Source of the DNA: Geosiphon pyriformis uo1
Lineage: Eukaryota; Fungi; Glomeromycota
Direction: 5' to 3'
Length of the DNA: 64,000 nucleotides
NCBI GenBank assembly: GCA_016748015.1
Contig: JAAOMT010000706.1
Span: forward strand, 234,764 to 298,763
Shown here piece after piece: positions 11,726-24,600 of the stretch. The stretch's first letter is position 1; every line of letters begins with the position of its first letter. Below the pieces are notes generated by a model that was not told where the DNA came from, ran no database searches, and worked only from the letters and a program-made list of their open reading frames with translations. The position numbers and the translations under genes were made by a program.

Positions 11726-14700
11726 GCATCAAAAGAAAAAATAAGAGAAATAAAAAGCAACCCACCAGAACCTATAAAACTTGATTGGATTCCAAATTCT
11801 GATATTGTTTTCAACACTATGAATTCAGAACAATTCCACAAATATTATCAGGACCTAGCACTCACTAAGAAAAAGCAAGAGCAATGTTTAGAACAACTAA
11901 ACATTTGATTATGTGACTATTGTTTGATTCCATGTAACTTTTAATATTGTAATAAGTATGATCTTATTTATAATCTACTATTATGTATAATTTACACGAT
12001 TCCAGAGAAAGAAAAACCAATTAGCAGTTGCACATTGGAATTGAAATCAATATTCAAACTTTGAAAATAACAATAACAATAACAATGGTTTTAATTCTGT
12101 TCAATATGGCAACCAAAATAACAATGATTCAAATCCCAAACAATATATCACACTCTTTGATCTCACCAAGAAGCAGAAACTGAAATAGTTTAGTGATAAT
12201 AATGAAGATATTATGCCAGAACATGTGCATAATACTAATGCCAGGTTTGATTTGAGATATTTAGGGAAGGATGCCATCAAAGAGTAGTTTAGCAAAGAAG
12301 AGAATCAATATTAGAGAAGGAATAATTAACACAGAATATATGAGAAATATTATTGCAATGCTACAAAATAATTTAGAAAAGACTTACATCATAAAGCCAA
12401 ATGAAAAAATAGCACAGGCAATATTCCTGTCTCTGGTTAAAATAGCTTAGTTAGTATCAGTAGAAAACTGGAAAAAATTAGTGATTATAATTAGAAGGAT
12501 TAGTAGATTTGGATCAACAGAAAGAATAAACATACCAGTTAATATGGCAGAGAAAAAAGTTATTGACAAGAGAGAAATTATTTCCACCTGTCAATTAATT
12601 TCTATTCTACTATATAACTAGTACATAATAGCCATAGAAAAAAAAGTAAAGGATCAGGTTCAGATTTTTAAGGCAAAAGCAACACTTTGTGAATTAAAAA
12701 AGATTGGATTAATCAATCTACATATACCAGCCAAGAACCACAGTCACATTAAAATTTCTATTTACAGCAACATAAAAAATGTTATTGAGATATTAGAAGA
12801 AACTACCATTGGATATTTAACCACCAAAATCGAAAACCAACCACCAAATCTCATTCCAGATTTTTTACAACTGTGTGGATATGTCAACATAACATTACAA
12901 ACCATTTATAGATGGAATGAATGTTATTTGCTCCAACCAAAACAATTGGAACAAATGAACATAGAAAACTTAGACTCATTTCAATATATGCAATTTAAAA
13001 TATTACTCAACAACTTTACTGACATTTTTGCAAGTGAAAACAAGTTTAGTAAAACTGATATAATTCAGTACCAGATCAGGACTAGAGATGTAATGCCAAT
13101 CAAACAAAGAGCATACTGAATATTACCAGCCAGTCATGAGATCATTTGTTAAGAAATCAATTGGATGCTTGACAACAGGCTAATTCAGTCATCAATGAGT
13201 TCATGGTCATTACCAGTGGTATTAGTCTATAAAAAAAATGGAAAAATCCACTTTTGTATGGATTACAAAAAACTCAATGGTGTAAATTGTGAAGACAATT
13301 ATCCAACTCCATGAATTCAAAAATTATTTGACACTTTCAGAAGAAAAAAATAGTTCTTGATATTAGATCTAGATAGCAGTTACTGACAAGTAGCCATAAA
13401 TCCAGAAGATAAGAAGAAGACGGTATTTACCACAAGAAAAGAGAATTTTGAATTTGAAGTAATGCTATTTGGCTTAACCAATATACTGGTCACATTCCAA
13501 CAGCTAATGGAAATTGTTTATACTGGACTACTGTAAAAATCAGTAGTTGTGTATTTGAATAATACTAATGTGTTCTCAAAAACATTTGATGATCATTTCC
13601 ATTATCTCCAGTAAGTGTTTGAAAGATTGAAAAAAGCAGGATTAAAACTAAATGCAACCAAATGTTTTTTCAGCAAGACAAAACTCAAGTTTTTGGGACA
13701 TGTTGTAAGCAAAGAGAGCATTAAAACAGATCTAGATAAAATTGAAATAGTAAAGTCTTTTCCAGTATTCACTAACTTGACCAAACTAAAAGCATTCTTA
13801 AGATTTACAGAGTACTATCATTGATTCATCAAGAATTTTTCCAAACTAGCTCAACTACTGCATTATCTACAAACCAAAAATATTAAATATAAATAGACTG
13901 AAACACAACAAAAAGTTTTTGATACACTAAGAAGAAAGTTTATTTAAGCTCCAGTACTAATTTATCCAGATCATAGCAAACCATTTATTATTACTATCAA
14001 TGTATCAAGTCAAGTATTGGGAGCAGTACTATTACAAAAAAGACTGAATAGAAGAAAACATCCAGTAATATATGTCAACTAAAGCTTAATACCAGCCAAA
14101 AAAAACTATAGAACACTTAGCAATTTATTAAGCTGTTATAAAATAGAAAGAATACTTAAGCCAGAAATTTGAAGTGCACACTGATCACAAAGGATTGACT
14201 TCAATCCAGAAACAAGAATTTAGAGATAATCGACATATGAGATAGAAAATAGCACTTTCACCATATACTTTTACAGTATACTATAAAAAAAAAAAAAACA
14301 GAAATGCTGACAGTTTGTCGTAGATAAAACAAATCTAAAAACATTTTAATACAAAAATATAACAAAAGGTGAATACACAAAAATATCAACAACTTTAACA
14401 TTTTATAAATACTCAACAGTTCAAAGAAAAATTATCTCCAAAAAAACAAAACCATATCAAACAACAGTCCAAATATTTTATTATTCACTAAGATATACTT
14501 TATCGAAAAAACAGAAAGAATTCAGACCAACCAATCCAAGTAATCACAAAACCAAAGAAAGAAACAATATTATTCAATATGCACTCTGATCTAACAGCAA
14601 GACATTTTTACAAAGAAGCAACCATAAAAAGAACCAGAAAAAGATACTATTGGCCATTAATGTATCCAGATATCATCCAATATATTTAAAATTGTAATAC

Positions 14701-15375
14701 TTGTCAGAGAAGAAAAAGAACAAGACCCAGTAAACTATTAAGACCAATCAAAGTAAGACAACCATTCAATCACATTGAAATTGATTTAATCAGACTATTA
14801 ACAATAACCAGCAGAAGAAACAGATATATTGCAGTAATCATAGATTATCTTACTAAGTAACCAAAAGCAAAAGCCATTTAAAGAGCAGATGCAGAATCTG
14901 TTGCCAAATTCATTTATCAAGATCTAATTTGTTGACATGGATGTCCAAAAAAACTACTATCAGATCAAAAAACTCACTTTGTAAATAGAACACTAGCAGA
15001 ATTAAGTCAAAGATTTGGAATCAAAAGACCATTATTATCACTATACTATCAAAAAAATCAAAACAAATGGGATTTGTTTATACCATTAGTATTATTTGCT
15101 TATCAGACAATGAAACAAGATACTACACAAGCAATACTATTTGAATTAGTATACAGTAGAACAGCAACATTACTAGTTGAAATAGAAATCAATACATATC
15201 TAACTAAACCAATAACAGAAGACAATTTTCAAGAAACATTATTAAGAAGAACATATGACTTAATAGAAACTCTAGAAAGCAAATGACAAAAAGCAGCTGA
15301 TAATATCCAAAAGTCACAAGAAAAACAAAAAAAAAGACATGATAACCAATTACCAGATAAACCAGTCAAATTTAG
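11726..15375 (+). mobile_element. B2 pol (Cys-rich, dUTPase, RT, RNaseH, IN), decayed, with internal deletions
   Basis: Degenerate dUTPase at about 12220-12520; RT fragments 12928-13824 (KFLGHVVS); RH ending DSLS-x-IKQI-stop at about 14338; IN 14369-15375. Confidence 0.88.
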
Positions 15376-16033
15376 TGTTATCAGTAGAATTTTAGCTATT
15401 AATTAGCATAAAATTACTCTTATAATTCCTATTATTAATTAGCATACATTATTATTTATTTCAATTATTACTTATTATTTAATCAAATTATCAAATATCA
15501 TTACTTAATCAATAATCCGATTTGTACTCTAAAAATTAAGATGATTAAATTACACAATACTCTAAACCATTTAACATAGTCAAAATTCGCCGAAATTAAT
15601 GAAAATTGGCCGAAATAATCAACAAATTCAGTGAAATAATTTGTAGTTTGCCAAAATGTATCTTTAGTTTACCCAAATTATAGCAAAAAGAAAAGTGCAA
15701 GTTCAAAAACTAGTAATACAACAAGTTGTATAAAAGAAGAGCTTTTTTCTTCAAGAAAATGTATCTTCTCATAGTATCTTACTATAGTATCTTACTTTAG
15801 ATATCTTAATTGAAACAAATCACTTTTTACAAAATCAAATAAAATTAAATATTCAAAAACCAAATTTTTTGATTATTATACTTGAAATTCTCTCAACACA
15901 AACTAACATTTTAAAATTGATTAGCTACCAATTTCAATAATCTGTTAGTGACTCCAGGCCTGGATAGAAAACGTTTTTCTTAATAAAATTCTATTTCTTT
16001 TATTTTTCTTTTCTTTTCTTATCATAATCATTA

Positions 16034-18334
16034 AAAATAATTGCAAAAAACTCTTTGTCTCCTTAATATTATGACCATGACCAGAGCAAAGAGTAAAAAA
16101 GCTGCACCTGATATCTGTCCTGAGATATCTAATAAAATTTCAACCAGAGGAGCTCTCTCTGTTGTAGAAGCAACTAGACAGAACGTTTTAAAAGCCTTCC
16201 CTTTACCCAGTAATCGTAATAAGCTGTCTTTGGTGGCCACTGAAGCAACTTCCTTATCTTTGACTGGTTTCTCACCAGTCAAAGTTCCCTTAAAGAGACA
16301 CACTTGGGTTAGTCCCAGTGTTGCCTTTATCCTTACTAAGAGCCCAAAAGTGTTTAATAATAGATCAGTTAACAAGCTGGTCTTCCTTTCTATAGCTTCT
16401 ACATCTGGTGCTGCTAGTATTATCTCTTTAAAAAAAATAGTTAAAAAGACCAAAAGTTCAGAAAAGTGGAGGCAGTTACTTGCTTCTGCTATTATTACAC
16501 CAAACTCCTTTGTGGTTCTCAATGAAATTTTGGATGAGATTTCTGTAGCATCATCCAGCATGTTGTCCAAAATGGGCCAAGATCAACTACTGGCTGTGTT
16601 GCCAAATATGATGTCTTCTGGCAGATTATCGCTGGTTTTAGAAGCAAAGCAATCTTTTTCTGTTGGGTTATCTGTTTTAGGGAACTGGGCTGATCAAATG
16701 AAAACTGAATCATCTCCTCCTTTAGTTTCTGGTGCTACTTCTGGTGGTGCTTAGGAAACTATTACTAGTCATCAAAGATTTGCTGGGTGGATGGCCTCCA
16801 CTCTGGTGTCTGGTGCTACTTTTAAGATCAAATTGGCTTATTTTAAGACTGTTTTTCAGTTGGTACATGGTTTCTTAGGTGCAAAGTCAGTATCAAAAGA
16901 CAATGTGAAGCTGTTTTGTGTGGAGTTTGCTTCTCAAGTGTCTTTGGAAGCTGTATTCTTAGTTGAACTTACAAGCTTTGTACATTTGGCCACTCTTAAA
17001 ATTGCCAGATCTTTGGTAATTTCTAAGTTTGGTTCCCTTTCTGCTGCTGTTGTGCTGTATAATGTGCTCTTGGGTGTGTCTGCTGCTAACATTAAGACAG
17101 CTTTTAATGTGTTTGGTGGTGTTGCTTGTGTTGTGCTGAAGCCTGCTGGTGTTTAGCAGTACATGATGGTTTATTTTGAAAAGTTGAACTTTGTTGTGTC
17201 TGCTTTGAATCATTGGTCAGTTTTGGTGGACAAGGATAGTATTAGAATCTTTCCTTTAGTAAATTAAAATGAGACTATTTTGTCTTGTGATAGGTTTAAG
17301 GCCAAGTTAGTCAACCTTCCTCTTGGCTGTACTGCCTTTGAAATCAGTAATATGATTTCTTAAGTTGGTGGCCAGACTTGTTTCATTCCTTAGTCTCCTG
17401 ATTCTGGTTGTTATCTTTGCTTTACTTTAGTTACATTTGGATCCCAAGCTGATATGGATTTTGTTGTTGCCAAAACTGGTACACTTAGAAAGTGCTGTAT
17501 TTGGTAGAAGACTCCTAATTGTCAGTGTTGTTTTCAGTGTCAAAAAATAGGTTACTTGGCTATAGACTGTGAAGTTGCTTCATCTCCCTTTTCTAAAACT
17601 TCCAAGGTGTTCAAACCATGTTTTGTTGGATTTTTGTCTTATGTTAAGGCATCTGATCCTCCTGTTATGTCTGAATTTCCTTTTTTGGTGGCTTTTGCCT
17701 CTCCTGTGGCTATTGTTAATCCTGCTGTTGGGTCCAGATTGGACTCTTTGGAAAAGCAAATTTCGGATTTGGCTGCTTTGGTAAAGTCTATTGTTGAGCC
17801 TGTTGGCTCTTTGGTTGCCTTGGTATCTCATCTCCTTGATAATAATGCTGTTAAAGCTGTTCAGGTTAAGAAAGATTTTTTTTTATGAAATATGCTTCTA
17901 ACAATTTTGCCAATCTTTTGGTTGGTGTGTCTAAGGACATTGCTTGTTTTAGATTTGAAGTTGACTTTGGTGGCATGGATTATAATGATATGCAGGCTGC
18001 CAAATCTTCTCTCTTAAGTGAAAACACTGTTGAGTGTGTTATAGCTTTGTGGTAAATGTTGGGTGCTAAGGTTAAGAGTAGTGGCAAATCTACAAGATTA
18101 TTTTTTAGTGAGTTTATTTTTGATTCTAGGAATCTGAATAGTGTTATTAAAAAAATTCATGAGTTGGAATTATTCTCACCTCTTATTGTTTCAGCTTAGT
18201 TAGTGCCTTGACTGACTCAGGTGGTTTGTCACATGTAGAAAATGTGTGATTCACATCTAATTTGTAATCCTTAATAGTGCATAGTATTAGATAGTATTTG
18301 GGCACACTTTATTAAAACGTAAAAAAAAATAATA
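16034..18334 (+). mobile_element. ORF1-only non-LTR retroelement (HAL1-like or truncated LINE transcript)
   Basis: TSD ATAATCATTA (16024-16033, 18335-18344); ATTAAA at 18311 then an A-tail at 18321-18329; one LINE ORF1-like frame; no endonuclease or RT. Confidence 0.85.
16071..18199 (+). pseudogene. LINE ORF1-like protein (RRM-like regions, CCHC knuckle, coiled coil)
   Basis: In-frame fragments 16041-16754, 16791-17156, 17556-17888; CFQCQKIG(Y/H)LAIDC knuckle; RLDSLEKQISDLAALV resembles ORF1 at 60427-61236. Confidence 0.75.
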
Positions 18335-18694
18335 ATAATCATTAGGATAGTCTACAGACAAGATTCTTATAGAAGAATTGACTTTCACAGCAAAGTAACT
18401 ACACATTTTTAGTGAGCTTCCAGATAAGCAATTTCTGGAAAAGAGTTGACATTTACTACAACATAACTACACAAAGTAACTGGTACAGAATTGGCCATTT
18501 TACTTATAAGTTCAGCCATTCAAATTATAGAAGATAATTTGAAGATAAATTCAGTTACTGGAGGTCTAACTACTTCCTAAAAAACATGAATTCACAGCAA
18601 ATCAACATTAACAACATCCAAAAAAAGAGACCAAAAACCTCTGGTAATATTTGGTGCTCTTCTACAGAAATAACACAACAATAACAACTTCAAA

Positions 18695-21600
18695 GTGGTG
18701 ATCACACTAGACACAACAACTCTAGAGTATTATCAGTCAATTTACACCTATTGCAAACAGAGATTCAACATTCCAGACGGAATTAAAATTGTTAAGAAGA
18801 CACTTTACCAATATATTGAAAACTGCATCAACAATTATTTTCTTGGAAATTACAACATTTCAGAAGTTAGAAACAACCTTTACAATAATTTAGTATATTA
18901 TTCACAGTTGGAAACTGAAGATCTTAACAGTAAAACACTTGCCACCTATTTCTAAGAACTTAATTTCAACATTATCAAGTATTGTGAAGAAACATATTTA
19001 GTACAGTCTAAATACTCTATTGACTTTGAATTAGAGACAGAGACAAACAACAAAGGCAAACAAAAACTGAAACAACACTCAAGTACTATTCTAAATACTT
19101 CAAAGACACCAAAAACAACTATTAAATATTTACAAACACCTGAACAAGGAACCAGTATCAAATTACCACTTTCTATTACACCATTTCCAATTTCACTTGC
19201 TCAACCACAAACACCAAATTTACCACTTAATCATTTCTCCAGACCAGAAGACTTTCAGTCACCTAGGAATTTTACTTAATAACAAAAACCAATATCAATC
19301 AACACCAATATTATTGATTACTTACAAGAAAATAAAAGTAATCATTTAGAGAACTTGGAAAGTGAGAAAACTGAATCAGAACAAGAAGAAACTACAGAAA
19401 ATGAAAAAAAAATGGCAACTGCTTATATTGCAAAAATTCCAGAATTTATTGGTGAAGATAATAATACCAGCCCTCAAGAATGACTTGACAAAGTTCAGAA
19501 AACAGAAGATGTAAATAGTTGAAATACAGCAAGAATGCTCAAAGCAATCTCATACTTTCTTCAAGGAACTGCAGAAAAATGGTTTGAAAACTTAGAAGAA
19601 TCATTTGGAAACTGGCAAGCATTCAAAGATGCTTTTTTACAACAATTCACTGACAACAACATCTTTATTACTCTTCACAATTGCTTTTGCAATATCAAAT
19701 AAAAAACATTTGAAACTGTCATGACCTATCTTAAAAGATTTAATAAACTTTTTAGATGAATTTGACAATTAGAAACCAATGACTACTATTTTGATGCCCA
19801 GATTTTGGATCAGTTTATAGCAGGATTAAAAGACAAATTAATCAAGAAAGTTTGTCCACATGTCCCAAAAGACTTAGCAACAGCTATTAAACATACAAAG
19901 AACTATGAAATGACAATGGAAGAAGCAAATCACACCAAACTTGTCAACCTAGTTATTAGAAAAACCAGCTCAGCAGCTGAAAAAAAAATAAATTAACTTA
20001 CAAAGAAAGTTGAAAACTACTTTACAAACCAACAACAACAGCAGCAACAACCACTAAAATATCAACTACCACAATAATGCAACCAAAACAACTTTGGATT
20101 ATTGTCTAACAACTAACCTCAAACTTGTCATTATTGTGGAATCTTAGGACACTGAAAATGAGATTGCAGAAAATTGCAAAGAGATCAACAAAACAGGAGT
20201 AATCAACATTACTTTTCACCACAACAATTTTATTACCAATGTTACCAGAAGATTTTTACACTTTTCAATGCAAAAATTACAACATATACAATGGAAATTA
20301 ACATCAAAATCATGCAAAAAAGGCCTACATCATCACACTTAATCAACAAAATCAGCTGGCAATTTGGAAATAAATGATCAGCAATTAATCTAATTACAAC
20401 AAAGAAATATGGCACAATCCAACAGTTTAACTAAGTTGGATATAAAGAAATCTTGGCAAACTAAGAAACACCAATGGAAATGAATGATTGATGCATGTAA
20501 TCAGATAACAACAGATTTTGTTATGCTCCAAAATTCTCATATGCCCTTATTAGAACAATCTAACATTTCAGATCTGCAATCAATGATTAAAAGTAATTAT
20601 CAAGAAATGTAATCAATTGATCTACTTCTGATTATGTTGATCATAATCACAATTGGTATCATTGATTAACAATTAATGTTCTAGATCCAGCCATCTAAAT
20701 CTGATCATCTAAAAATCACTAGCTCTGAGAAAATAACATGCCGAGTAAGCTCATCATAAATTGATTAATTAAATGTATATAAATAATTGATGTATTTTAA
20801 ATAGTTCTAATATAGTATGTAGATCTGATGTAATTTAGCTATATATACAGCCCCTCTGTCAGCTCAGGAAAGTATTAGTTCAATACTGAGCCAACTCTTT
20901 GCTATAGTTTTATAGTGAGCAGTTAGTCTTTTCCTTTACTCTTTACATTCTCTCTTCACTTTCTATGCTCTAAATACTTGTCATTACAATCTCAAGTATG
21001 TCTTCCCATATTCTTTATCACCATTTGGAATCACATTGTTTATGATCTTTTACTTACTTGTTATCACCATTTCAAATTGTTCTATTACTTTCGATCTTTC
21101 AAATCATGTGTTATCACCATTTCACATTAAGTCTTGTTTCACTGAACAAGTTATTAAATATAAAAATAAGTAATAAAGTATCACATTGTTAGAAAGTGGT
21201 CTCAACAATAAAAAGTTTAAGCAAAATCTATTTCAATTATGGTTGACTTTCATAATTCCTTTTATAATTCCTATAACTTTGTTTTCAAAGCGGGCATTTG
21301 AACACCACACCTTTTTGACGATTAATTGAAAGAATTCCAGTTATGTATTTATTTGAGTAGTTGGTTTCACTCCTTGTTGCTGGTTGTACTTCTGATACAT
21401 ATAAAAAGATGTAATTTCTTTTTTTCTTTTAAAATACCTAAGACTGGTTCTTGCCCAAAAACAAATAATAATGACAATACTTTCTTTCACTTTTAATGAC
21501 CTTATCACGTACTTTTTTCTGCTCTTCCATTTACTGAAATAGTCCATACACCCATGATATGCTATAGTCAGTAGTTTAATCATGGTAATGTGTGTGTTCT

Positions 21601-24600
21601 AGGTGAAAGCTATTGTTATTGCTACAAAGTTACAAATCCATAACTTTCACCCGGTAACATATAGTGCCCTTTGTTGTTAGTATAGAAACAACTATGAACA
21701 TTTAAATAACCTTTAGATATCTCAAAGGACTTCGATCTTCCCTAGAGAGAAAAAAAATTTTAACAATTCGCAGGAGCTTATTTTTCAAAGGTGGAAAAAA
21801 TGTTACCAGAAGATTTTTACACTTTTCAATGCAAAAATTACAACACATACAATGGAAATTAACATCAAAATTATGCGAAAAAGGCCTACATCATCACACT
21901 TAATCAACAAAATCAGCTGGCAATTTGGAAATAAATGATCAGCAATTAATCTAATTACAACAAAAAAATATGGCACAATCCAACAGTTTAACTAAGTTGG
22001 ATATAAAGAAATCTTGGCAAACTAAGAAACACCAATGGAAATGAATGATTGATGCATGTAATCAGATAACAACAGGTTTTGTTATGCTCTAAAATTCTCA
22101 TATGCCCTTATTAGAACAATCTAACATTTCAGATCTGCAATCAATGATTAAAAGTAGTTATCAAGAAATGTAATCAATTGATTTACTTCTGATTATGTTG
22201 ATCATAATCACAATTGGTATCATTGATTGACAATTAATGTTCTAGATCCAGCCATCTAAATCTGATCATCTAAAAATCACTAGCTTTGAGAAAATAACAT
22301 GCCAAGTAAGCTCATCATAAATTGATTAATTAAATGTATATAAATAATTGATGTATTTTAAATAGTTTTAATATAGTATGTAGATCTGATGTAATTTAGC
22401 TATATATACAGCCCCTCTGTCAGCTCAGGAAAGTATCAGTTCAATACTGAGCCAATTCTTTGCTATAGTTTTATAGTGAGCAGTTAGTCTTCTCCTTTAC
22501 TCTTTACATTCTCTCTTCACTTTCTATGCTCTAAATACTTGTCATCACAATCTCAAGTATGTCTTCCCATATTCCTTATCACCATTTGAAATCACATTGT
22601 TTATGATCTTTTACTTACTTGTTATCACCATTTCAAATTGTTCTATTATTTTCAATCTTTCAAATTATGTGTTATCACCATTTCACATTAAGTCTTGTTT
22701 CACTGAACAAGTTATTAAATATAAAAATAAGTAATAAAGTATTATATTGTTAGAAAGTGGTCTCAACAATAAAAAGTTTAAGCAAAATCTATTTCAATTA
22801 TGGTTGACTTTCATAATTCCTTTTATAATTCCTATAACTTTGTTTTCAAAGCGGGCATTTGAACACCACACCTTTTCGATGACTAATTAAAAGAATTCCG
22901 GTTATGTATTTATTTGAGTAGTTGGTTTCACTCCTTGTTGCTGGTTGTACTTCTGATACATATAAAGAGATGTGATTTCTCTTTTCTCTTTAAAATACCT
23001 AAGACTGGTTCTTGCCCAAAAACAAATAATAATAACAATACTTTCTTTCACTTTTAATGATCTTATCATGTACTCCTTTCTGCTCTTCCATTTACTGAAA
23101 TAGTCCATACACTCATGATATGCTATAGTCAGTAGCCTAATCATGGTAATGTGTGTGTTCTAGGTGAAAGCTATTGTTATTGTTACAAAGTTACAAATCC
23201 ATAGCTTTTACCCGGTAACACCAATCTCCACCACCAATTTATTACCCATCAAGACCACAAAATCAAAACAATTACTATCAACCAGCTTCACAACCAATAC
23301 AACAACAATATTAACAACCTTTATCAATTCAGCAATATCAAACACCATCTACTCAACAATATCAAGTACCAGCCAGAAAATTGGTCCAACAAAACCAATT
23401 CACACCACAAAACCGTTTTTTTACAAACCACAACAAATTTAACCCCAATAATCAACTAGTTCTCCAAAATTCTGTTTAACAAAAGCTCACTCAGTTTCAC
23501 ACTCAACCCAGTTATTTAACAATACAAGAAGAATCGGATTTTCAACAAACTGTACTTTCTAAAAGTGAAGTTATAACACCAAGATCAAATTCTTCTAACA
23601 ATACTATTCTACCAATCCAAATTGCCCAAAATGCCAACCTTTCAAATAAATTTACATTCGAATTTAAAGCAAATGAATTACTATTTTTGCTTAGCAATGT
23701 AGCAGTCAATGAGCAAAAAGCTATTACTGTCATGTACACTAAAGCTACAGTAGAAAAAAAGCTCATCTAATTAATTCTAGACAATGGATCCACTGGAAGT
23801 ATTATTACTTACTAATTAATACAACAACTTAATCGAAATGTTGATAGACCAGCCCAAACAGTAATTGTTACAACAGATGGTATGCCAGTAGGAGAAATTA
23901 ACAACTTCCTATTTATCATTGATAAAATCACCATTCCAGTTAAAGTTCTAATCATAGATGCACCCCAATACCAAGCTCTTGTTGAAAATAATTGGCTTCT
24001 TAAAGCCAATGCAAACTTAGACTAAGAAACTTAGGAACTAAAAATCTCATACCAAGGACAATACACTATAGTACTTGTTACTTATAGTATTTTTAACAAA
24101 TGATCAGAAAAAGCCCCAGTATTTAAATTTGAAGAAAAAAAAGAAATGCCACTCACTAAAACTGACATGGCTCTTGGATTAACATCCAATTGGGCTGAGG
24201 AAACAGAACAAAAATTTTTTGAAGAAACAAGAGAATAAAAAAAGGTTCAGTATTCTATACCAGAATCACAAAAAAAATCACCATACATCCCACTAAAATA
24301 CAAAGATTGCAAAAAGAAGCTTTCATCTATGAGAGTCTGTATTTTTTTAAAAAAGAAATATGAAACTCACATCTACTACTTTTGCAAAGCATGCCATAGA
24401 GAATAATTTGGATCCCCCAAAAAAAGTGGAAAATGAGACAACACATCTTGCCTTATATGTAGAAATATGCTACCTAAAGAATGCAACTGGATTAATGTTG
24501 CAATGAAAGGAGGAGTATACAATCAAACCTGTCAATATGTCTTATCAATTTTGGAAAAAGTGAAAAGAGAAATTCCATTCAATACAACATACAACAGTGC

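Larger units (their letters stand above)
15376..18649 (+). repeat. 5' LTR of A2, interrupted by a non-LTR insertion at 16034-18334
   Basis: 15376-16033 plus 18345-18649 is colinear with 29594-30566; PBS TGGTGCTCT at 18652. Confidence 0.9.

Noticed and set aside
21341-21583. 80-aa antisense ORF repeated in both D LTRs
   Set aside because: Repeats only because the LTR does; has a stop in the solo copy; no recognisable motif
20240-21659. Retrozyme (hammerhead ribozyme in the LTRs of a non-autonomous element with 4-bp TSD)
   Set aside because: No CTGATGA...GAAA core with flanking stems found by eye on either strand, only near-misses such as CTGATGT and ATGATGAG; an Infernal search would be decisive
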